Assembly: GCA_963805505.1 (NCBI GenBank)
Contig: CAWDUP010000004.1
Location: forward strand, 355,738-419,737
Source: an uncultured Actinomycetota bacterium
Lineage (GTDB): Bacteria > Actinomycetota > Actinomycetes > DATJPE01
Length of the DNA: 64,000 nucleotides
Reading direction: 5' to 3'
In this document: positions 49,742 to 60,468 of the stretch, one piece after another
Layout of the letters: every line of letters starts with the position of its first letter
How positions within the stretch are numbered: position 1 is the first letter of the stretch
The notes under the pieces: model-generated
Told to the model about the DNA's origin: nothing
Database searches by the model: none
The model's input: only the letters and a program-made list of their open reading frames with translations
Translations under genes and position numbers: made by a program

Positions 49742-51262
49742 CTAGCCGGTGACGGAGTACGCCACCGAGCCGAAGCCCGCGCCAGCCTGGACAGCGCCGC
49801 CCATCTCCGGACTCTCGGCGGTGAAAACGAGGTCCTTGCCGGTGGACAGACCCATCGTGGCGGCACCGGACTTGAACGGGAAGAACGCCACGACCCCTGC
49901 GTCGGTCACGCCGTGGGCGTCCTTGCCCGGCACACCAACCACGGCTCCGCTGACCGAGAAGGCCACGCTGGACCCGAAATGATCAGCTGTCGCAACCGCG
50001 CCTGTGACGCCTTTGGTCTGCTGGCTCAGTGACTGTTCGCGCGATCCCGAGAGCTTGAAGCTCGCCGAGCTCGCAGTCATCCGGTGGATGATCCCTGCGT
50101 CCTTGGTCGAGCCCACGTCCTCGCCCGGGGCACCGATCAGCAGCACTACATCGAAGGCGCTCAGAGCCGCTCCGAAACGATCGCCGTTCTCAGGCTTGTC
50201 GTCCACGCGCCCCGAAGAACCCTTTGTCCCCTGGTGGAAGACGCCCCAGGACTTGTCCGGATAGGCCGCCTCGATGAGACCGGCGTCCTTGTGCTTGCCG
50301 ACGTTCTCGTGGGGCACGCCCACGACGGGGACCCGGCCGGCAGCGGAGGCGGAGACGTACCCGCTCAGCACCTCGCCGAACTGATCGCCCTTCTCGACAT
50401 GGTCGGGCACACCCTTGGTGTCCTGAGTGATCGACGCGACGCCGCCGGCGGTGCCCGGCAGCTTCGACGCAGTTCCGGGCAGGTCGGTGACCATGCCGGC
50501 GTTCTTCACCGTGCCGACGTCCTCACCCGGCGCCCCCACCCACAATGAGTAGGCATTGCGGCCCGGGCCGAGAGCCTTGCCGAACTGGTCTCCGCTCTCG
50601 GCCTTGCCGGGCACCGGCCCGCCGCCCTGGTAGTAGACCTTCGCGCCGGAGCCCCACGCGCCCACCTTGACGACGTGCACCTTCCCGGCGTTCTTCTTGG
50701 TTCCGATGTCCTCGTTCGGCACACCGATCGCCAACCAGCGCACGAACAGGTCTCCGCCGAAGAACAGCGAGGATCCGAAGCCGTCCCCTGGTTCGGGCGA
50801 GTCACCGATCGTGGCGCCTTGAGTCAGGACGGTGATGCTGTCGGCGATGATCCCGTCCTTGTCCACGAGGAACACGTAGACGCGTCCCTCCCCGCCGTTC
50901 GAACCCGGCGCACCCACAGCGACGACCGAGCAGCCCGACTCGCCGGAGCTGAGCGTGTCGTCGAATCCCCAGGACACAGCGGCCCCGAACTTGTTGCCGG
51001 CAGCCGGCGTGCCACCAAGGTCGCTCTCGTCGATGGTGACATCGGCCGCATCGCCCAGCGAGGACCCGTTCGGTTCGAACAGCAGCGTCAGGGTGCCGGC
51101 ATCGACCTCGCCGCCCACCTCTGCCTTGGGCGTTCCGAGCGCCACATCGACTTGCCCGTTGCACTCCACGTCCACCGCTGCAGGTGCTGCAGAGGGGAAC
51201 AAGGCGAGCGCGAGACTGAGCACGGGCAGGGCAACGAGCAGCCGCGGACGCACGAAGGTCAT
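49742..51262 (-). CDS. secreted FG-GAP repeat protein
   Basis: Signal peptide ending PSAAPA. Repeated GD.FG..L...D motifs (GNKFGAAV, GDGFGSSL, GDQFGKAL, GDQFGEVL, GDRFGAAL, ADHFGSSV). Confidence 0.8.
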   Translation of the reverse strand: MTFVRPRLLVALPVLSLALALFPSAAPAAVDVECNGQVDVALGTPKAEVGGEVDAGTLTLLFEPNGSSLGDAADVTIDESDLGGTPAAGNKFGAAVSWGFDDTLSSGESGCSVVAVGAPGSNGGEGRVYVFLVDKDGIIADSITVLTQGATIGDSPEPGDGFGSSLFFGGDLFVRWLAIGVPNEDIGTKKNAGKVHVVKVGAWGSGAKVYYQGGGPVPGKAESGDQFGKALGPGRNAYSLWVGAPGEDVGTVKNAGMVTDLPGTASKLPGTAGGVASITQDTKGVPDHVEKGDQFGEVLSGYVSASAAGRVPVVGVPHENVGKHKDAGLIEAAYPDKSWGVFHQGTKGSSGRVDDKPENGDRFGAALSAFDVVLLIGAPGEDVGSTKDAGIIHRMTASSASFKLSGSREQSLSQQTKGVTGAVATADHFGSSVAFSVSGAVVGVPGKDAHGVTDAGVVAFFPFKSGAATMGLSTGKDLVFTAESPEMGGAVQAGAGFGSVAYSVTG

Positions 51263-51335
51263 GGCTACTTGGTCGGCCGTCGCGCCCCCGATCCTTGAGC
51301 CGAGAGGCGGGAAGACTGCCTGCAGCGGGCGCGAT

Positions 51336-52535
51336 CTAGTCCGAGGGAGCGACCTCAGGCCCGGCATGTTCCTGCCCAGCACCCAGGAGCTTTCGCCGCT
51401 GCAGCTCGACGGCAAGAATTGGGAAGACGAGCACCGAGACCACTCCTGCTCCCACGATGCTGGCCTGGGCGGCCTCGGTCATCCGTCCGTTGTCGACGCC
51501 GATCTGGGTCAGCGCGACGAGCAACGGGAGCGTGGTCGACGTGAGGAACACCATCTGCCAACGTTCGGTCCGACCCAGGTGCGAGCGATACCAGAGCAGC
51601 GAAGGCAACCCCCTCAGAGCAAGCAGGAGGGCAAGCACCACGAGCAGCGGAACCGGGTTCTCGACGATCGAGTTGATATCGAGGGTCATCCCGGAGTAGA
51701 CGAAGAAGATCGGGATGAACAACCCGTAGGCCACGGCATCAAGCTTGACCTCGAGGAGCTCGATCTCCCCCGGCGACCAGGCCCGGAGGATGACCCCGGC
51801 GACGAACGCGCCGAGCACGTTGTCGAAGCCGAAGTCGGTCGACAGCAGCAAGAAGCCGAACAGAACGGCGATCGCGATCCGCAGCGTCGTCTGGGAGGTC
51901 TCGTGCTCGCGCTGCAAGATGATCTCGCCGATCCTGGTGCCATCCACCAGGCGCTGGGTCCGCATCGCCAGCACCGTAAGACCCAAGAAGACGACCAGGG
52001 CGAGAACCTCCTTCGCGGATCCGGAGGACCCCAGCAGGATCGCCATCGCCAGGATCGGGCCAAGCTCGCCAACGGCCCCGGCGCTGAAGACGTATCGCCC
52101 GAAGGACCCGCCGAGCATGTTGTTGTCCCGCAAGATCGGCAGCAACGTCCCCAGAGCCGTGGTCGTCAAAGCGATGGCGACGACGACAGGAGAGGTGATG
52201 ACATCGAGCCGATAGACGATGCCGAAGAAGATCAGCCCAGCGAGCAGGCTGACGGCCCAGGCAACCATCGCCAGGCGGCCTTCCTTGGCCGCCAAGAGTC
52301 TGGGGTCGAGCTCGTATCCCGCGAGCAGGAACAAGAACCCGAGTCCCAGGGTGGAGAACGCGCTGATGGGTGCGGGATCAGCCAGCCCCAGGATTTCTGG
52401 ACCCACGATCACGCCGGCCACGAGCAGTAGGACGACCTGGGGCAACCGCACCCGGCCGGGCAGCAGGTCAACGATGATCGGCGCCAGCGCGGCGACGACC
52501 ACCACGACGACGAGCGAGGCGAATCCTGGCGGCAC
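51336..52535 (-). CDS. cation:proton antiporter (CPA2/Kef-type)
   Basis: ~12 TM helices. N-terminal LAPIIVDLLPGRVRLPQVVLLLVAGVIVGP. Confidence 0.82.
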   Translation of the reverse strand: MPPGFASLVVVVVVAALAPIIVDLLPGRVRLPQVVLLLVAGVIVGPEILGLADPAPISAFSTLGLGFLFLLAGYELDPRLLAAKEGRLAMVAWAVSLLAGLIFFGIVYRLDVITSPVVVAIALTTTALGTLLPILRDNNMLGGSFGRYVFSAGAVGELGPILAMAILLGSSGSAKEVLALVVFLGLTVLAMRTQRLVDGTRIGEIILQREHETSQTTLRIAIAVLFGFLLLSTDFGFDNVLGAFVAGVILRAWSPGEIELLEVKLDAVAYGLFIPIFFVYSGMTLDINSIVENPVPLLVVLALLLALRGLPSLLWYRSHLGRTERWQMVFLTSTTLPLLVALTQIGVDNGRMTEAAQASIVGAGVVSVLVFPILAVELQRRKLLGAGQEHAGPEVAPSD

Positions 52536-52629
52536 GGCCCTACCCTGTCAGTCCCGAACATGCAATGGTCGCGAGTCAGCGAGTCGCCCCGATGCCGCGG
52601 TCACCCGCGCGACCCGGCAGGCTGAGCGG

Positions 52630-53670
52630 ATGACCCAGCAGTCCGACGTTCTCTCCGAGCCCGCCCCCCGCGTGGACGACGCATGGTGCAAGCGGGTGCT
52701 CGCGCAGACGTACGGTCTCGAGGCGACCGTCGCAGTCCTGCGCAGCGAGCGTGACCACAACGTCCTCGTGACGGAGAAGTCGGGTCGACGCTTCGTGCTG
52801 AAGATTTCCAACTCGGCCGAGGATCCGCCGGTCATCGACATGGAGAACGCCGCGATGCAGCACGTTGCCCGAGTGGACCCGGCCCTGGCGATCCCTCGGC
52901 TGGTGCTCACGAGCGACGGTCGCACCGTCACGGTTGAAACAGCCCCCGACGGGCGTACCCATCTGGTTCGAGTGGTCACCTTGCTCCCGGGGACGGCGGC
53001 CGACATCACCGACCTCCCCGACGGGTTCGCCAGCCAGCTGGGCGATTGGTCCGCCCGGCTGGGTGCAGCGTTGGACGGCTTCGAGCACCCGGCCGCCCAT
53101 CGGAGGATCGAGTGGGACCCGCGACGCGTCGCCGACCTCGCTGGGCATGTGAATTCGTTGCCCCGAGAGCGAAGAGACCAGGTCACCGGTCTCGTGCAGC
53201 GCGTGAGCCGAAACCCTGAACGCCTGGTCTCCTTGCCTGCGGGCGTCCAGCACGCCGACCTGACCATGAGCAACGTGCTCGTGGACGAGACCGCCATCAC
53301 CGGGATCATCGACTTCGGCGACATGCACCACACACAACGGGTGGCCGATGTCGCCATCACCTTGGCTTCGCTGCTGCGAGTCGTAGCGATGACTGATGGA
53401 GACCTGTGGCTGGAGGCGGGCGACTTCCTGGCCGCCCATCAGCACCACTCGGCCCTCGGCACGGACGAGTGGGCGGTGCTCGGGGAACTCGTCCTCGCAC
53501 GGCTCACCGCCACCGTATTGATCTCCGCGTGGCGCGCCCCCGCCAACCCGGACAACGTCGACTACCTGACGGGACTCGACGAAGGCAGCTGGCGCTGCCT
53601 GGACGTCCTGGGCCGGCTGGAGGTGTCCGAGCTGACTGATCAGCTCCACCGAGCCGGTTCGCGGCAGTGA
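52630..53670 (+). CDS. aminoglycoside/homoserine-kinase-type phosphotransferase (APH family)
   Basis: Brenner motif VQHADLTMSNVLV and IIDFGD. ATG at 52630 is in frame within the longer ORF. Confidence 0.78.
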   Translation: MTQQSDVLSEPAPRVDDAWCKRVLAQTYGLEATVAVLRSERDHNVLVTEKSGRRFVLKISNSAEDPPVIDMENAAMQHVARVDPALAIPRLVLTSDGRTVTVETAPDGRTHLVRVVTLLPGTAADITDLPDGFASQLGDWSARLGAALDGFEHPAAHRRIEWDPRRVADLAGHVNSLPRERRDQVTGLVQRVSRNPERLVSLPAGVQHADLTMSNVLVDETAITGIIDFGDMHHTQRVADVAITLASLLRVVAMTDGDLWLEAGDFLAAHQHHSALGTDEWAVLGELVLARLTATVLISAWRAPANPDNVDYLTGLDEGSWRCLDVLGRLEVSELTDQLHRAGSRQ

Positions 53671-53703
53671 GGATCCCGTGCCCTCAGCAGGGACACGGGA
53701 TCC
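53671..53703. terminator. bidirectional hairpin terminator
   Basis: GGATCCCGTGCCCT-CAGC-AGGGACACGGGATCC forms a 14-bp stem with one bulge. It lies between convergent genes. Confidence 0.65.
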
Positions 53704-53715
53704 GCACGGTCACCG

Positions 53716-54105
53716 CTAGTGGACAGCCTGCCCGCTTCCGGTCACGACCGCTTGGCCGGCGCCGTGGGCGTTGGCTGCGGCGTCAGCCGCGGTTGAGGTC
53801 GCACCTGCCACGCTGGGGCTGGTCAGCGATCCACCGGTGCCGGTTCGCAGACCCGCGCCCGACCCATGGACGGACTCGGCAGCGTCCGGGGTGACTGCAG
53901 CGTTGCTTGTCTTGAATGGCACGAAGGTCTCCTGCCCGCTCTGGTTCACGGCGTAGCCGATACCGACGGCTGCCAACACGAGCACAGCGGCGGCGGCAGC
54001 CGAGTACCAGAACAGTCGGTTCGATCGCTGAGAGGCAGGCGAGGTTCCGGTGCGGGTGCTGACCGACGGGTTCAGGTCCGCGGCCCGGGTTGTGGTGATG
54101 GTCAT
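53716..54105 (-). CDS. small single-TM protein with Gly/Ser/Ala-rich ectodomain
   Basis: AAGGAG before ATG 54105. TM helix WYSAAAAAVLVLAAVGIGYAV. Confidence 0.5.
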   Translation of the reverse strand: MTITTTRAADLNPSVSTRTGTSPASQRSNRLFWYSAAAAAVLVLAAVGIGYAVNQSGQETFVPFKTSNAAVTPDAAESVHGSGAGLRTGTGGSLTSPSVAGATSTAADAAANAHGAGQAVVTGSGQAVH

Positions 54106-54303
54106 GATCTGCTCCTTGGCGTCTGGGGGGCCATGGCCCCGGCCACCGTCTGGTGGCGCGACCAGAACCTCGCGCAATGCCCTTGAAGCCCGCTGGCACG
54201 CCGAAGGGCGACCTCCCGGGTTTGCTGCAAGCCCTCCGCAAGCGCCGAATCTGGGGATTTCTCCCGTCGCGGCTGTCCCCGACGGCTTCCTACGCTCGCT
54301 TCC

Positions 54304-57300
54304 ATGGAGATCTGGGTGCTCGGAACGCTCGAAATCAGCCACGACGGTCGCGCGGTGGAGGTGCGCGGTCCGCTGCCACGTCGCCTCCTAGCGGTCCTGG
54401 CACTTACTCCTGGACGTGAGGTGAGCACAGACCGGCTGGTGGAGGCGCTGTGGGGCGAGTCGCCGCCGTCCGCTGCGCCGGCCACGCTGCAGTCGCATGT
54501 GGCCAGGTTGAGGCGTGACCTCCCGGTGGCTGATGCCGTCAGGACTGGGCGTCACGGCTACCGGCTGGACGTCGCCGAGGATGATGTGGACGCCGTCGTC
54601 CTCGAGCAAAGGGTCAGGGACGGGGGCCATGCGCTGATCCAGGGACGGCTCGACGACGCCAGCGAGATCCTCGGCCAGGCCTTGGAGCTGTGGCGCGGAG
54701 CGCCGTACGCCGAATTCACCGGTTGTGAACCGCTAGAAGCAGAAGCCGAGCGTCTCGGGCATCTGCGGCTTGACGCCCTCGAGCGACGCATCACCGCGGA
54801 CCTCGGACGGCCGGGGGTGGCGCCGCCGGTCGCCGAGCTGGAAGCGCTCGTGCGCTGGCACCCGATGCGGGAGTCGTTCTGGGCGCTGCTGATGGGCGCG
54901 TACTACCGGGCCGGACGCCAGGCCGACGCGCTCGCCGCCTACCAGCGGGCCCGTGCCGTCCTGTCTGACGAGCTCGGGGTGGACCCCGGCCCTCAACTGC
55001 AGGAGATGGAACGGATGGTGCTGGCCCAGGACCCGTGTCTGGATACCGTGAGCGTCTCGCAATTCTTGCCCACGCGTAGGGCCGACCGGCCCTACGCTGA
55101 CGGCGTGGCTCTCGTCGAGAGGGCATCGCTCGTCGAATCCCTCCAGGGACTCCACGACGAGGCCCGGAGCGGTTCAGGGCGGTTGGTGCTCCTGCATGGC
55201 GAGACGGGTGCGGGGAAGTCGGCGCTGGTTCGGGAATGGAGCGTTTCAGCCGCCGAGCGCACCCCGGTCTTGTGGGGTGCCTGCGACCCGCTGTCATCTC
55301 CGCGGGCCCTCGGCCCCCTTGTCGATATCGCCCCGCTCCTGGATTCGACCGTGGCAGAGATGCTGCGTTCGGGAGAGCGCAGCGGTTTGTTCGAGGCAGC
55401 GCTGACCGCTCTCGACGAAATAGGCCCTGCGGTCCTCGTCATCGAGGATGTGCACTGGGCCGATGCCTCGACGTACGACTTCGTCCGCTTCGTGGCTCGC
55501 CGGATCGACCGGAGTTGTCTGCTCGTCGTCGTGACCTACCGCGACGAGAACCTCGAGCCCTCCGACCCGCTACGCGTCATGCTGGGAGACATTGCTTCCC
55601 TCGGGGGCGTCCGACGCCTCGGCGTCCCGTTGCTCAGCGAGGCAGCCGTCGCCGAGCTCGCCGCTGGCAGCGGCATCGATGCTGTCGACCTGCACGCCGA
55701 GACCGATGGGAATGCCTTCTTCGTCACCGAGGTGCTGGCCTCGGGCGGTGAGCAGCTGCCCTCGTCGGTGCAGGAGGCGGTCCTGTCTCGCGTCCATCGC
55801 CTCTCGCCGCAGGCCCGGCTGGCCCTGCAGGCGGCGGCAGTCGTGGGTGCGCGCATCGAGCCGTCTCTCATTCATGCGCTGCCTGATGTCCCAACCGAGG
55901 GTCTCGACGAGTGCGTGACCTCAGGAATGCTGCGCTACGACGCTCCGACGTACGGCTTCCGCCACGAGCTCGTCCGCCAAGCGGTGCTCTCGGGAATCAC
56001 CCCGGCCCGGCTTGGCGCGTTGCACTGGCAGGTGCTCGACCGGCTGCGCACGCTCCCGATCGTGCCCCGCCCGCTCGCACGGCTCGCCGATCATGCGGCC
56101 CAGGCCGGCGACGGTCCGGCCGTTCTCGAGTTCGCGATCGAGGCCGGAGACTTGGCGGCGAGCCTCGGGTCGCACCGCGAGGCAGCATTCCAGTACGGCC
56201 GGGCCATGCCGTACGCCGATCTGCTCGACACCGAGGCGAGGATCTCGCTGCTCGGGCGACGCGCCTACGAATGCCAGGTGGCAGACCAGCACGAACAGGC
56301 GATTGCGGCCTGGGACCAGCAGGTTCTGCTGCTGCGCGCGGAAGGGCGCAACCTCGAGCTCGTAGACGCTCTGCTCGGCCTCGACGAGTCGTTCTACACA
56401 ATCGGTGACAACAGTCACGGGACGGAGTTCGATCGATGAGGCTTTTGACGCTTCTCGACGGCACAGGCCCCAGCCCGCAGCCTCGCGCGAACACTGCGCT
56501 ACCGCGGTGCACATCACCTTCGCGCGTCGGAGAATGTCCCGAGGCGATCACCTGGCTCGAGAAGGCGCTCGACATGCGCCCGCGACGTCGGCGCCAGGGA
56601 CGTCGAAGCGAGGGCTCTAGCGAGCCTCGGAGTGACCATCTGGTGATCGGTGAAGTCCAGCAAGCCAACGAGGAGGTGAACCAGGGACTGCAGATGGCGC
56701 TGAATCTCGGTGAGGAGGACATGGCCGGGAACATCTTCCAAGCGGTCGCGTATATCCCCTGGATGCAGTTCGACTTCGCGGAGGCGCACGCCCGGATGGA
56801 GGAAGCGGTGCGTTACACCGCGGATCACGACCTCCACGGTCACCTGATGTGCGCGCTCGGCGTCCGTGATCACGATGAAGCTGGACCTTGGCCGGTGGGA
56901 CGAGGCGATGAGCGAGGTCCGAACGACCTGCTCTACGTTCGGAACACGGGCCGGGCCAGCCGAATCGAACCCCTCATGGCCATCGGACTTGCTGGGGGCG
57001 CGGCGCGGCGACCGGGACGACGTCTGGGACTACCTCGACGAGGCAGACGAATACATCGTCGAAGACCCAAAGCCTCGGATACCAGGGTACGGTCGCGCTG
57101 GCGCGCGGTGAGGCCCATCTGCTGGAGGGCGACAACGAAGCAGTGCGCGCCGCGGCGTTCCACTGGTACGAGGAGTCGGTTCGCCTCCAGGACGAGGAAA
57201 TGATGGCCGACCTGACACTGCTCGTATGGCGGGCGGGCCTCATCGACCTCCCTCCCCAGGGACTGCGTGAGCCCGAGATCTGGTCGCTCACCGGCCGGCA

Positions 57301-57710
57301 CCGAGAGGCTGCCGAACTTCTGGACCAAGGCCGGCGCCCCCTACCGAGCGGCGTGGGCCCTGCTCGACAGCGACGACGAACTTGATCTCCGCGAGGCGCG
57401 GGCGATGTTCGACCGGCTTGGTGCCGCCGTCCTGGTGGAACGCTCGGACAACAAGCTGCGGTCGATCGGCGCCAAGGTCCCACGGGGGCCTCGCTCGAGC
57501 ACCAGGGCCAACATCGGTGGTCTCACCGACCGCGAGGTCGACGTCCTGGAACTGCTGGACGAGGGCTTGCGCAACGCCGAGATCGCCGAGCGGCTCCACC
57601 TGTCGGAAAAGACGGTCGGCCACCACGTGTCGGCCATCCTCGCCAAGCTGGAGGTGTCGTCCCGCCTGGAAGCCGTCCGTCGAGCGCGCGATCTCACCGC
57701 CGTCGGCTGA
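54304..57710 (+). pseudogene. SARP(BTAD)-AAA/NB-ARC-TPR-LuxR large regulator with a frameshift-disrupted TPR region
   Basis: Intact frame 54304-56439 (winged-helix/BTAD LLAVLAL...RLVEALW, Walker A LHGETGAGKSAL). Sensible TPR-like peptides then alternate between all three frames from 56440 to ~57310. The LuxR HTH ORF 57267-57710 is intact ([36 protein letters not shown]). Confidence 0.6.
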
Positions 57711-57740
57711 CGATTCGCTGCGGTCAAGCCGTCGCTGCCG

Positions 57741-58193
57741 TCAATCCGTTGCTGACTTCACCAAGGCGACGACCTTCTTCTCCACCGCCGGGCTCCACCT
57801 GAGCAACGCGAACGAGGTTGTCCACATGTCTCCGTCGTCGAGAGTGGCTGCCTCCTCGAAGCCCAGCGTGGCGTAGCGAGAATTGAACTTTCCGGCATCC
57901 TTGAAGAAGACGACGACCTTGCCGTCGGTGTTCGCGTAGGCGGGCATGCCGTACCACGTCTTGGGTGAAAGGTCCGGTGCCGTCCCGGTCACGGCCTTGT
58001 GGACGTTCTCGGCGAGCACCCGGTCTTCCTCCGCCATCTTCTCGATGGCGTCCAGGACCGCCTGAAGACCGTCGGCCTTCTTGGCGCCCTTCTTGCCCTC
58101 GGCCCGCAGCTCGGCCGCGCGCTCCTTCATGGCAGCGCGTTCCGCAGCGCTGAAGCCTCCCGATGCCGTGGACTTCTTCGCAGCCATCTGCAC
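57741..58193 (-). CDS. DUF1801 (YdhG-like) domain protein
   Basis: WYGMPAYANTDGKVVVFFKDAGKFNSRYATLGF. Confidence 0.75.
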   Translation of the reverse strand: MQMAAKKSTASGGFSAAERAAMKERAAELRAEGKKGAKKADGLQAVLDAIEKMAEEDRVLAENVHKAVTGTAPDLSPKTWYGMPAYANTDGKVVVFFKDAGKFNSRYATLGFEEAATLDDGDMWTTSFALLRWSPAVEKKVVALVKSATD

Positions 58194-58335
58194 AGTCTCC
58201 TCTCGATGTCGGGTTGGCGTTGTGCCAACCTGCCTTCCGCAAGGCTAGGCACCGGCCGGCCGGCAGGCTTCTCGATTCCTGACCAACTCAGGCACTCCCA
58301 AGCGCCCAAGCCGGTGGCGTGGCCGGCGACCGGCG

Positions 58336-59115
58336 CTACGAGGTCCGGTGGGCCACGGCGAAGACACGACGGAAGGGAAGCAGCACAGTTCCGTCCGGGC
58401 GGACGGGGTAGGCCTCGGCGAGACGCTCCTTGTAGGCCACTTCGAACGACTCGCGCAGCCGGTCAGGAAGTGCTTGCAGGGTCGGCCGTGCGCCGGTTCC
58501 CGAGACCCATGAGAAGACCGGGTCGGGTCCGGACAAGACATGGGTGTACGTCGTCTCCCATACCTCGACCGCCACGCCTTCGACGGCGGCCAGCACGTCG
58601 TAGTAGACCGCCGGATCGTGGGCGGCCGGGGTTGCTGCCCCGGCTGTGTAGTCGGCATACGGGGATTCCGCGGCCAGGTCTCGGCGGATGGCATGACTCG
58701 GCTCGTCGAAGTTGCCCGGCACCTGGAACGCGAGCCAACCGAAGTCAGCCAGTGCGCTCAGCATCTGCGGCAGCAGGTCCAGGTGGTCAGGCACCCACTG
58801 AAGGGTGGCGTTGGAGATCAGGACGTCAACGGGGCGTCGGGGCACCCATGCTCGAAGGTCTTCGGCCACGTACTCGACGCGCTGACCGAGACTGCGCGCG
58901 CGCGTGATCATCTCCGTGCTGTTGTCCACACCCAAGATCCGTGCACCGGGCCAGCGCTCCGCCAGCAGGCCGGTGAGGTTGCCCGGCCCGCATCCGAGAT
59001 CGACGACCTCGGACGGGCTCTTCGCCGCAATCCGGGCGAGGAGGTCGGCGAAGGGTCGGGCTCGCTCGAGACCGAAGGTGAGATAGCGGTCGGGGTCCCA
59101 GGCGGGCAGAGTCAC
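58336..59115 (-). CDS. tam: trans-aconitate 2-methyltransferase
   Basis: WDPDRYLTFGLERARPFADLL, VVDLGCGPGNLT, NATLQWVPDH. Confidence 0.82.
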   Translation of the reverse strand: MTLPAWDPDRYLTFGLERARPFADLLARIAAKSPSEVVDLGCGPGNLTGLLAERWPGARILGVDNSTEMITRARSLGQRVEYVAEDLRAWVPRRPVDVLISNATLQWVPDHLDLLPQMLSALADFGWLAFQVPGNFDEPSHAIRRDLAAESPYADYTAGAATPAAHDPAVYYDVLAAVEGVAVEVWETTYTHVLSGPDPVFSWVSGTGARPTLQALPDRLRESFEVAYKERLAEAYPVRPDGTVLLPFRRVFAVAHRTS

Positions 59116-59175
59116 TGACGGCTCCCTCGGCGTACCACTACAGCATCAACCTTCTCCCCCAACCAAGCCCCGCTG

Positions 59176-59251
59176 TGGGGCCGACGAGGGGACTTGAACC
59201 CCTAACCGCCCGATTACAAGTCGGGTGCGCTACCAATTGCGCCACGTCGGC
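59176..59251 (-). tRNA. tRNA-Thr (anticodon UGU)
   Basis: Cloverleaf read by hand: acceptor GCCGACG/CGTCGGC, D stem GCGC/GCGC, anticodon stem CCCGA/TCGGG with loop CUUGUAA, T arm AGGGG-UUCAAGU-CCCCU, and an encoded CCA. Confidence 0.9.
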
Positions 59252-59413
59252 AACGGCCGGTGCGGACCGATGTACGGCCCCGAAGCCGTCGTCGAGTGTA
59301 TGCGGAGCGGCGGTCCCGCCAGCCGCACCTGCGACCCTCACCGGAGCAGCGGCGCCTCGGGACGCCGCAGGGGTGGCGAGACTGCGCTCGTCGTCCTACG
59401 CGACACTGCGGGG

Positions 59414-60454
59414 ATGACGACTCTTCCCTCCGGCCTACCTGGCGGCCCGCCCTCCACTGACTCACCAATCCGTTGGGGCGTGATCGGGACAGGCTGGATC
59501 GCAACCACCTTCGTGCGCGATCTCGCCCTGCTCGCCGACGCGAAGGTGGCCGCCGTGGGCTCTCGTCGTCAGGAGTCGGCCGACGCCTTCGCCGACGTGC
59601 ATGGGATTGCCAAGCGGCATTCCTCCTATGCCGACCTGGTGACCGATCCCGAGGTGGACGTGGTCTACGTGTCCACGCCACATCCCGCGCACCATGCTGC
59701 GGCTCGGTTGGCGATCGACGCCGGCAAAGCCGTTCTTGTCGAGAAGCCGTTCACTCTCAATGCCAACGAAGCCAAGGACCTGGTAGCCGCGGCCCGCCAC
59801 CGAGGCACCTTCCTGATGGAGGCCATGTGGACCCGCTTCCTCCCGCACGTCGTGGCGATCCGCGAGCTCGTGTCCAGCGGCGGGATCGGTGAACTGGTCA
59901 GCGTCGTCGCCGACCACGGCCAATGGTTTCCGGAGAACGCCGACCACCGACTGTTTGCACCCGAGCTCGGTGGTGGGGCGCTGCTCGACCTCGGCGTCTA
60001 CCCGATCTCGTTCGTGTCGCTGTTCCTGGGTGCCCCGACGCGAGTTCTTGCGACCAGTTCACCCGCCTTCACCGGCGTCGATGCCCATACCTCGGTGCTC
60101 CTCGAACATGCCGACGGCACCCACGGTGTCGTCCACACGACCCTGTCCGCCAGCACCGCGACCACCGCCGTCATCAACGCAACCGAAGGACGCATCGAGG
60201 TATCAGGACCGTTCTACAGACCGAACAGCTATCGGCTCCACACCCGCGGCTCCACCTCCGACGGCGAACTCGTCGACATACCCGTCGACGGTCACGGTCT
60301 GCGATTCCAGGCAGCGGAAGTGGGTCGCTGCCTGCGCGCCGGGCTGACGGAGAGCCCCGACATGCCGCTGGACGAGTCGGTCTCGATCATGGAAACCCTG
60401 GACGAGGTACGTCGCCAGATCGGACTCACCTATCCCGCGGAAGCACTCGCCTAG
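59414..60454 (+). CDS. Gfo/Idh/MocA family oxidoreductase
   Basis: IRWGVIGTGWIATTF Rossmann start, and EKPFTLN. Confidence 0.85.
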   Translation: MTTLPSGLPGGPPSTDSPIRWGVIGTGWIATTFVRDLALLADAKVAAVGSRRQESADAFADVHGIAKRHSSYADLVTDPEVDVVYVSTPHPAHHAAARLAIDAGKAVLVEKPFTLNANEAKDLVAAARHRGTFLMEAMWTRFLPHVVAIRELVSSGGIGELVSVVADHGQWFPENADHRLFAPELGGGALLDLGVYPISFVSLFLGAPTRVLATSSPAFTGVDAHTSVLLEHADGTHGVVHTTLSASTATTAVINATEGRIEVSGPFYRPNSYRLHTRGSTSDGELVDIPVDGHGLRFQAAEVGRCLRAGLTESPDMPLDESVSIMETLDEVRRQIGLTYPAEALA

Positions 60455-60468
60455 GCGCGGCTGACCGG

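Noticed and set aside
59116-59413. tRNA-Thr as an integration site for a genomic island
   Set aside because: I found no integrase, no direct repeat of the tRNA 3' end, and no compositional break. The flanking genes are ordinary metabolic genes.
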